Shown here piece by piece: positions 57,070 to 64,000 of a DNA stretch of 64,000 nt; the first letter of the stretch is position 1, and every line of letters starts with the position of its first letter. The DNA is taken from positions 1,024,001 through 1,088,000 of the forward strand of contig OY776510.1 of assembly GCA_963675665.1 (NCBI GenBank), written 5' to 3'. The DNA is from Spirochaetia bacterium (GTDB lineage: Bacteria > Spirochaetota > Spirochaetia > UBA9216). The notes below the pieces were generated by a model. The model was not told the DNA's origin. It was given only the letters and a program-made list of their open reading frames with translations, and made no database searches. Both the position numbers and the translations under genes were made by a program.

Positions 57070-58009
57070 TACTTTTCCTTGCTCTGCCGTCTATACATAT
57101 TGCGGTTATTATTAAAATGCCCTTCGTAATACTCTGATATGCAAACGGGATATTATATAAAGTCAGAATGTTAATAATGGTTGCAAGCAGCAGTACTCCC
57201 ACGATTGTCTTGAATATACTTCCCTTGCCTCCGGCAAGGCTTGTTCCTCCGATTACAACCGCCGTTATTGCATCGAATTCATAACCGACTCCCATAATCG
57301 GACTTGCCGTGGTCATTCTTGAAGCGTAGATAAGAACGGCTATTGCAACCGAAAGACTGGACATCATAAATGCGGTTATAACCACCCGGTCTGATCTGAT
57401 TCCGGCAATCTCTGCTGCCGAGTGGTTTGTTCCGACGTACTTTATTTTTCTGCCGAAAGTTGTACTGCCCAGAATAATATGGAGTATGATTGCGACTATA
57501 AACAATACATAAACATGGTTGGGGATACCGAAAAGCTTGCCGCGACCAACTATTCCGAACCAGGTTCCTGTTCTGCCGGATATTATTGATCCGTTTGTAA
57601 TAAGCAGAGCTATTCCGGAGTAAAGCGAAAGCGAGCCCAGGGTTGCTATAATGGAATTAACTTTGAATTTTGTGACAACAAAACCGTTAAGAAACCCGAT
57701 TATCAGGGCCACTATCACCGGAAATATTATTCCCAGAAGGTTATTGTTCTGCTGGAACAGAATGGAAATAAGACCAAGAAGAGAAAAGACCGAACCGACG
57801 GACAGATCAAGATTTCCCGTTATTATTACCATGGTCATTCCGCAGCTTATTACCCCTATTACCGTTATCTGCTTAAGCAGGTTGATGAAATTCCCCGTAG
57901 ATCTGAAATTGGGGGATAGAATTGAGAATACTACAACCAGCGCGAGTAAGATTAAGATCTGTGACTGCTCTTTTAAAATATCTGTAAGAATCTTTTTATC
58001 AGTTTTCAT
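57059..58009 (-). CDS. Sugar ABC transporter permease
   Basis: NLDLSVG, YEFDAITAVVIGGTSLAGG. Confidence 0.92.
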   Translation of the reverse strand: MKTDKKILTDILKEQSQILILLALVVVFSILSPNFRSTGNFINLLKQITVIGVISCGMTMVIITGNLDLSVGSVFSLLGLISILFQQNNNLLGIIFPVIVALIIGFLNGFVVTKFKVNSIIATLGSLSLYSGIALLITNGSIISGRTGTWFGIVGRGKLFGIPNHVYVLFIVAIILHIILGSTTFGRKIKYVGTNHSAAEIAGIRSDRVVITAFMMSSLSVAIAVLIYASRMTTASPIMGVGYEFDAITAVVIGGTSLAGGKGSIFKTIVGVLLLATIINILTLYNIPFAYQSITKGILIITAICIDGRARKSSEN

Positions 58010-59490
58010 TATACTCTCGTAACTGCCTTTATTATGTTTTCCTGCGTAATATCCTGATCCGAGAATTCCGCCCGAATCTCGCCTTTTGACAAAACGATTA
58101 CGCTGTTTGATAATCGTGTGATTTCAGGAATTTCTGATGAAAGAAGAAGAATCGACACCCCCTGTGATGCCAGCTCCTTAATTATGCCGTAAATTTCTTC
58201 CTTGCTTCCGACATCTATACCGCGGGTCGGATCATTAAGAATCATCATCTTCGGTTTTACAGCCAGAAGCCTTGAAAAGATGGCTTTCTGCTGATTGCCT
58301 CCGCTGAGACTCACAATAGGCGTTTGAATTCCGGGGGTTTTAATTTTCAGTTTGTCAACATAGGTTTCCGAAAGTTCGGCTTCCTTTCTTCGGTTTATAA
58401 AAGTGTTTTCCTCAATATTGAAAAGCCATAAAGGTGAAATGTTATAATTTACGCTCATATCCAGAAAAAGTGACTGAAGCTTTCTTTCTTCGGGAAGATA
58501 GATAATATTTTGCTTTATGGCATCGGCAGGATGACTGATTGTAATTTTTTCATTTTCAAAAACAAGTTCTTTCGCCTGCGCCGGCCACAACCCGACTATG
58601 CTTTTAACAAGCTCATCCTTGCCGGAACCCATCAGGCCCGCGATTCCGAGAATCTCTCCTTTGTGAAGTTTAAGCCTGAAATCCGTTATCTTGTTCCTGA
58701 TTTCCATTTTCTTAATTTCAAAGATAACCTCTTTCCTTTCGGAAATATTTTTCCCTGTTTCTTCAAGTTCATGACCGATCATCATTGAAATTATACTCTC
58801 GGTATCGAAATCGCCGCGTTTGAAAACTCCCTGTCGTTTGCCGTCCCTGAAAACACTGACCCTGTCGGCAATCTCGGCGACTTCATCCAGTCTGTGTGAA
58901 ATATAAATAACGCTTATTCCCTTGCTTTTCAGTTCCCGTATGATGGTGAATAATTTTTCAACCTCTTTGTTTGTAAGAGAAGATGTAGGTTCGTCCATGA
59001 TAATAACCCTGGCGTTTTTAATTGTGATAGCCTTGATTATTTCAATAAACTGCTGTTCGGCAGTTGTTATTTTTGACAATTTAACAGTCGGATTTATATT
59101 GATGTCAAACTCATTGAGGGCTTCACTGGTGTCTTCCATCAATTTTCTGAAATTGACAAACCCCGGAACTTTTCCTTTCGGCAGTTTTCCAAGATAAATA
59201 TTTTCCGCAACTGTAAGTTTCTGAATATTTTCCAGTTCCTGGTAAATCATGCTTATTCCGAAATCCCTTGATGTATCAACGTTTCCAAGATCCTGTTCTT
59301 TTCCATCGATCAGAATTTTGCCTGAATCTTTTGTATAAACACCGGATATTATTTTCATCAATGTTGATTTTCCGGCACCGTTCTCACCTACTATTGCATG
59401 AACTTCTCCCGCCTCCAGTTCAAAATCAACCTGATTCAGAGCTATGGTTCCGGGGAATTTTTTTACCACTTTTTTTACTTCAAGCAACAC
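58009..59490 (-). CDS. Sugar ABC transporter ATP-binding protein
   Basis: GENGAGKST, IMDEPT, SHRL, LSGGNQQK. Confidence 0.93.
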   Translation of the reverse strand: MLLEVKKVVKKFPGTIALNQVDFELEAGEVHAIVGENGAGKSTLMKIISGVYTKDSGKILIDGKEQDLGNVDTSRDFGISMIYQELENIQKLTVAENIYLGKLPKGKVPGFVNFRKLMEDTSEALNEFDININPTVKLSKITTAEQQFIEIIKAITIKNARVIIMDEPTSSLTNKEVEKLFTIIRELKSKGISVIYISHRLDEVAEIADRVSVFRDGKRQGVFKRGDFDTESIISMMIGHELEETGKNISERKEVIFEIKKMEIRNKITDFRLKLHKGEILGIAGLMGSGKDELVKSIVGLWPAQAKELVFENEKITISHPADAIKQNIIYLPEERKLQSLFLDMSVNYNISPLWLFNIEENTFINRRKEAELSETYVDKLKIKTPGIQTPIVSLSGGNQQKAIFSRLLAVKPKMMILNDPTRGIDVGSKEEIYGIIKELASQGVSILLLSSEIPEITRLSNSVIVLSKGEIRAEFSDQDITQENIIKAVTRV

Positions 59491-59545
59491 AGCCGCACCT
59501 GCCTTTTGTAAATTTTGTTGTTCCCATTCTCAATCCTCATTCAAT

Positions 59546-60691
59546 CTAATAGTTGCTGATATAATCATTTCTTAAAAATAGAGCTACACCGGTTATCGAG
59601 GCATCTTCTAACAGTTTTGAAGTTATAATTTTATTTTCTTTATTAAAGACATTTGATTTTGATTGTGCAAACCTCTTTAGGATTTCCGGAATTAAAGTAG
59701 GGGAGAAATGGGCAATTTCACCTCCGATGACGGTGATCTCCGGATCTATGGTTACCAGTAGATTTTTTAATGTGAAAGCAAAATCTTCAATATATTCTTC
59801 CCATATTTCTATGGCAGTTTCTTGCTCTCTCTCTTTGTAATACATGAATTCCTCAATGCTGTTGATCTTCTTCTTTGATTTTTTATTATATTCATTGAGG
59901 ATAGAATCAATTGAAATATATTCGTTAAGGCATCCAAGTTCCCCACAGGTGCACTTTCTGCCTTCAGGTTTTATTACTATGTGCCCTATCTCTCCTGCTT
60001 TGTAACAGGAACCGTGGTAAAGTCTGTTGTTCATGATAATTCCGCCGCCGACCCCCTTCATTATTGATAGGTAGAGAACGTTTGAGCAGCCTTTTGCGGC
60101 TCCTATCTGCCATTCTGCATAAGCGGCAGCGTTTGCTTCATTTTCAAAATAGACCGGACAGCCGAGAATTTCGTTATATTTTTGAAAGTGGGTATCAGCA
60201 ATATGTAGATTAGGTGCTACTTCAATATTTTTTACATCTTCGTTAACAATGCCTGGTATGGAAATTCCTATCCCCAATAGATTGGGGATTGTAATATTGT
60301 TGGCAAGCAGCATGTCTTTAATTATGTGTATGAGTTTCTCCATCACTTCATCAAAGTTGAGAAACCTGCTTGTGGTTATTTCTTCAACTGCAATTTCTTC
60401 CATTTTAAAATTGAACATCATTACTTTTACAGTATCTACCAGGAAGTCAATTCCGATAGTGTACTTGCTGTTCGGTTTCAAATTTACAATAACAGGTTTT
60501 CTGCCGCCTCGCGAATCGCCGACACCACCAATCTCCAATAGTCCTTCTTGTACAAGTTCTTTTACATTTGTTATGACAGTTGGGAGAGATGCTTTAATTT
60601 CACCTGCTATATCAACCTGATTGATTGTTTCACGTTCGCATAATAATTTAATTATTTTCTGTTGAGTAATGTGAAGGTTTTTATAATCCAA
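59546..60691 (-). CDS. ROK family transcriptional repressor (XylR/NagC-like)
   Basis: N-terminal wHTH, GGRKP, ENEANAAAYAE, GEIGH, CTCG-GCL. Confidence 0.93.
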   Translation of the reverse strand: MDYKNLHITQQKIIKLLCERETINQVDIAGEIKASLPTVITNVKELVQEGLLEIGGVGDSRGGRKPVIVNLKPNSKYTIGIDFLVDTVKVMMFNFKMEEIAVEEITTSRFLNFDEVMEKLIHIIKDMLLANNITIPNLLGIGISIPGIVNEDVKNIEVAPNLHIADTHFQKYNEILGCPVYFENEANAAAYAEWQIGAAKGCSNVLYLSIMKGVGGGIIMNNRLYHGSCYKAGEIGHIVIKPEGRKCTCGELGCLNEYISIDSILNEYNKKSKKKINSIEEFMYYKEREQETAIEIWEEYIEDFAFTLKNLLVTIDPEITVIGGEIAHFSPTLIPEILKRFAQSKSNVFNKENKIITSKLLEDASITGVALFLRNDYISNY

Positions 60692-60713
60692 AACATATTC
60701 CTTATAGTTTGCT

Positions 60714-60748
60714 CTTTATAAAGTAGCCTAATAATGTTTGGTTGTCAA
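60714..60748 (-). promoter_or_regulatory. Promoter of the ROK gene overlapped by a candidate ROK operator
   Basis: Minus-strand TTGACA (60748-43), 17 bp, TACTTT (60725-20). TAAAGTAGCCTAATAA resembles TAAAGTATCTTAATAA in both duplicated promoters. Confidence 0.55.
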
Positions 60749-60825
60749 TCGTAAATGTTTCGTTAATATTTTTTTGATTTTGAAATAGTAATATATTGGG
60801 AATGTTCTGGTCAATTCGGAGGTAA

Positions 60826-61026
60826 TTTTTCAAAAATAGGATATTTTTTCAATATTTAAAGGGTGGATCAGTAACTTTGTATTAAAAGGGATTAAATTGC
60901 TTAAAAGTAAAGTATCTTAATAAAGCCGATTGACAAATAAAGAATCATGATTTAAAATTATTAATTGTAAAAAGGGAGACTGTTTAAAAGTGTAATTAGT
61001 AAACAAATCCTTTTTAATATCTTTAT
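60826..61026 (+). repeat. Duplicated ~200-bp promoter/leader, copy 1
   Basis: Shares AAAAGTAAAGTATCTTAATAAAGC, TTGACA (60930-35)-17-TAAAAT (60953-58) and the leader hairpin with 62772..62972. Confidence 0.85.
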
Positions 61027-61199
61027 GTAATATAAATAAATGTCCGTTGAGAGTTTACAGGAAACAAGCTCATAGGGGATATTTAATTTCATGGATTTCT
61101 ATGCTTATTTTAGCAGTGTACTGGAAAAATTGATTGATAGAGATTATTGAAATTTTTATCATTTGACAAAATAGATAAATTTACATCAAGGGGAATAAA

Positions 61200-62363
61200 A
61201 TGGAGAAAGAAGTCATCAAAGTTGGCGTTATCGGTTGTGGTGTTATATCTGAAATATATATGAAAAACGCACAAAAATTTGAAGCTGTAGAATTTGTAGC
61301 TTGTGCCGATTTAATTGCAGAAAAAGCAGAAAAAAGAGCTAAGCAGTTTAACATTAAAGCAGTAACGGACGAAGAATTACTGGCAGATCCGGAAATAGAA
61401 TTAGTACTGAATATTACTGAACCATATAATCATTTAGAAGTAAGTCTAATGATTCTAAATGCTGGAAAAAACCTATACACAGAAAAACCTTTAGCTGTTA
61501 ATATTGAGGAAGGGAAACAAATTGTAGATCTTGCCAAAGAAAAAGGTTTGCGGGTCGGGGTTGCGCCTGATTTGTTTTTAGGGGGAAGATTACAAACATT
61601 TAGAAAGCTTATTGACGATGGATGGATAGGAGATGTTTTAGGGGCTTCTTGTTCTATGGTATGTCATGGACATGAAGTATGGCATCCAAATCCGGAGTTT
61701 TACTATAAAAGAGGTGGTGGACCATTATTTGATATGGGACCATATTATGTATCTGCATTATTATCATTAATGGGACCAGTTAAAAGAGTTTCCGGAGCTA
61801 AAAATATTACTTTTAATCAAAGAACAATAACAAGTGAACCATTAAATGGTCAAGTTATAGGCGTTGATGTACCAACTCATGTTTCTGGTACAATTGAATT
61901 TGAAAGTGGAGCTATTGCAGGTCTTACAACAAGTTTTGATGTGTGGAATTCAAAAACCCCACGTTTTGAGATTTACGGAACTAGAGGTACTTTATGCATG
62001 GAAGATGCTGATCCAATGGGAGGACCTAATTTATTTGGCGGTGAGACTTTATTAAAAACACATAAAGATATTGACTGGTGGCATCATGACCTTATAGACA
62101 ATAAAGAAACACCATGGCATAAAATACCAACATTGTATGATTATAATACTGACAGCAGATGTCTAGGACTTTCTGATATGGCAACAGCTTTAATATCCGG
62201 AAGAGAACATAGAGCGAGTTTAGAAATGGGCTTTCATGCACTGGAAGTTATGGATGGAATTTATAAATCTGCTGATTCAGGGAAATATTATAACCTTGAA
62301 GGAACATTTACAAGACCTGAACCATTACCATTAGGATTAACTAAGTATGTATTAGATAAATAA
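61200..62363 (+). CDS. Gfo/Idh/MocA family oxidoreductase
   Basis: [42 protein letters not shown]. Confidence 0.92.
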   Translation: [387 protein letters not shown]

Positions 62364-62367
62364 GCTT

Positions 62368-62625
62368 GGGAGTGTCAGGAATTCTGTGTTTTTTTGTGAG
62401 CCTCTTAAAGCTCATATTGCTTTAGATGTTCGCTGAAATGAATCATGAACTGGGATTATATCGAACCCCGGTTCATGATTTTCTGAAACCATTTCGTTTC
62501 AAGCCATTCAGTTGTAATGCAGAAAAGCTTGACCAACGAATCTTCATTCGGAAAGATCGCAATCGAATTTGTTGTATAAATAAGCTTCGAAGGTCTTTTA
62601 AATATTTGAAAAATGTTGAGAGTTC
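62368..62625 (-). mobile_element. IS256-family remnant: degraded transposase C-terminus plus terminal inverted repeat
   Basis: Minus-strand hand translation ELSTFFKY..DLR/(frameshift)KLIYTTNSI-(deletion)-AIFPNEDSLVKL...KW...I*SQFMIHF; IS256-like end GGGAGTGTCAGGAATTCTGTGT at 62368-62389. Confidence 0.8.
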
Positions 62626-62771
62626 ACATATTGCAAATCATTTTTCTTGTAGCTTAGTCTTTATAAAGCATCCTAATAATGTTGGGTTGTTAATCTTAAT
62701 GTCTTGTACCAAACATTTTTAGCTTTCAAATAGCTATGCTCTTGGATTTTTCTGGTTTTATTTAGAATCAG

Positions 62772-62972
62772 TTTTTTAAAAATATGATATTTTTCAATAT
62801 TAAAAGTGGTAATCATTAACCATTTAGAAGAAGAATTTAAAATGTATAAAAGTAAAGTATCTTAATAAAGCAGCTTGACAAATGAAAAGTCATGACTTAA
62901 AATTATTTATTACTAAAAGGGAGGCTGTTTGAAAGTGTAATTGGTAAACAAATCCTTTTAAATATCTTTATA
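62772..62972 (+). repeat. Duplicated ~200-bp promoter/leader, copy 2
   Basis: TTGACA (62875-80)-17-TAAAAT (62898-903); same operator-like box and leader as copy 1. Confidence 0.85.
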
Positions 62973-62985
62973 TATGGAGAAGAAA

Positions 62986-63729
62986 ATGGCAAAAAAGGCA
63001 TTAATCGTCAGAGGCGGCTGGGTAGGCCATAATCCTGTGGAGTTTTCAGAGTTTTATCGAGATTTTCTGGTAAAAGAAGGTTATGAAGTAGAAGTCTCGG
63101 ATACACTTGAGATACTGGAGGATGAAAAAATGATGATGGGGCTGGATTTATTCCTGCCTCACTGGACAAACGACACAATCACGCAGAAACAGTATGGACC
63201 TGTAGTCAAGGCGGTAATTAATGGTTGTGGAATTGCAGGAGTTCATGGTGGTATGTGTGATTCTTTTCACGACTGCATGGACTGGCAGTTTATGACCGGA
63301 GGACAGTGGGTATCGCACCCCGGCGGACAGAAGGTGAAGTATACAGTTAATATTAAGAGAGGCAGCCATGACATCGTAAAGGATTTACCGGATTTTGATA
63401 TGGAATCTGAGCAGTACTATATGCATATTGATCCGGCTGCCAATGTGCTTGCTACTACAAGAGTACCTGTTGGTGTAGGTCCTTTTGTTCCCGACATGAA
63501 CTCTGATATTGAACCGGTAAGCGGATACGGAGTATGGAATTTTGAGCCTGAAACTGCAGCATCAGGACCTCATGTTTTGAATGGACCTGTCGACATGCCT
63601 GTTGCATGGACTAAATATTTCGGACTTGGAAGAGTTTTCTTTACCTCCTGCCCGCATATTTTCTCTGATATGAAGGAGCCGACTCTGACGGAGATGATTA
63701 AACGCGGAATACTATGGGCATCAAAATAG
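62986..63729 (+). CDS. ThuA-like domain protein (class I glutamine amidotransferase-like fold)
   Basis: ALIVRGGWVGH-P, HGGMCDSF, GGQWVSHPG, SEQYYMH-DP, MPVAWTK-FG-GRVF. ATG 62986 after GGAGA (alternative 62974). Confidence 0.88.
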   Translation: MAKKALIVRGGWVGHNPVEFSEFYRDFLVKEGYEVEVSDTLEILEDEKMMMGLDLFLPHWTNDTITQKQYGPVVKAVINGCGIAGVHGGMCDSFHDCMDWQFMTGGQWVSHPGGQKVKYTVNIKRGSHDIVKDLPDFDMESEQYYMHIDPAANVLATTRVPVGVGPFVPDMNSDIEPVSGYGVWNFEPETAASGPHVLNGPVDMPVAWTKYFGLGRVFFTSCPHIFSDMKEPTLTEMIKRGILWASK

Positions 63730-63751
63730 TAAATAACAGGAGGAAATAATA

Positions 63752-64000
63752 ATGGCAGATAAAGTAAAGGTAGGCTTAATTGGATGCGGAGTCATTTCAG
63801 CTATCTATATTGAGAATGCACAGAATTTTAAATCGTATGAAATTGTGGCCTGCTCTGATCTAATTAATGAAAGAGCAGTTGATCGAGCTGAAAAATATGG
63901 TATTCCCCGGGTATGTACAAATCAGGATATATATGATGATCCTGAGATTGAAGTGGTATTGGACCTCACAAATCCGCAGTCTCATGCAGAAGTAAATTTA
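63752..64000 (+). CDS. Gfo/Idh/MocA oxidoreductase, 5' part (paralogue of 61200..62363); runs off the window
   Basis: AGGAGG + ATG 63752; MADKVKVGLIGCGVISAIYIENAQ...DPEIEVVLDLTNPQSH. Confidence 0.88.
   Translation, partial: MADKVKVGLIGCGVISAIYIENAQNFKSYEIVACSDLINERAVDRAEKYGIPRVCTNQDIYDDPEIEVVLDLTNPQSHAEVNL

Noticed and set aside
62426-62722. 98-aa plus-strand ORF
   Set aside because: Antisense shadow of the IS256 transposase remnant; no recognisable motifs or RBS.
2656-63369. Many short overlapping or antisense ORFs in the six-frame track (e.g. 3388..3915, 20680..21225, 54517..55038, 56143..56691)
   Set aside because: They lie within well-supported genes on the other strand or frame and lack motifs and RBS.
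1-64000. CRISPR arrays, tRNA/rRNA, prophage, integrase or anti-phage defence genes
   Set aside because: No regularly spaced short repeats, RNA gene signatures or such protein motifs were seen by eye; a tRNAscan/Infernal run would be needed to exclude small RNAs.

Overview
Bacterial chromosomal window, probably from an anaerobic Spirochaetia-like organism. This is an inference from the 'AAGQQE/AEGSQE'-type N-termini of the sugar-binding proteins, the tungsten-type aldehyde:ferredoxin oxidoreductases (AORs) and the many sugar ABC/TRAP systems. The window is gene-dense (about 55 CDS), and I saw no rRNA, tRNA or CRISPR array. It is a mosaic of catabolic and regulatory modules. (1) A PilZ-less cellulose-synthase-like GT2 lies between a PAS-PAS-PP2C-RsbW bifunctional enzyme and a STAS protein, with no sigma factor in the locus. 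(2) A ~10.4 kb sugar-utilisation island is bounded by a 397-bp direct repeat of a gene's 3' end and carries an AraC-PAS-pseudokinase regulator. (3) A soluble histidine kinase has a sugar-ABC ATPase as its input domain; it is paired with a sigma54 activator, a palindromic UAS and a -24/-12 promoter driving a sugar ABC plus kinase-less RpiB/split-transketolase operon. (4) A TetR-SDR-(SCP2-SCP2-AOR fusion)-MoaD-radical SAM locus. (5) A GntR/TRAP/lactonase/aldolase/AOR locus. (6) A ROK regulon with a duplicated ~200-bp promoter/leader and an IS256 scar. The best candidates for an undescribed system are the ABC-ATPase-histidine kinase circuit, the partner-switch-flanked glucan synthase and the SCP2-AOR fusion. 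All family calls come from motifs read by eye; no database search was run.
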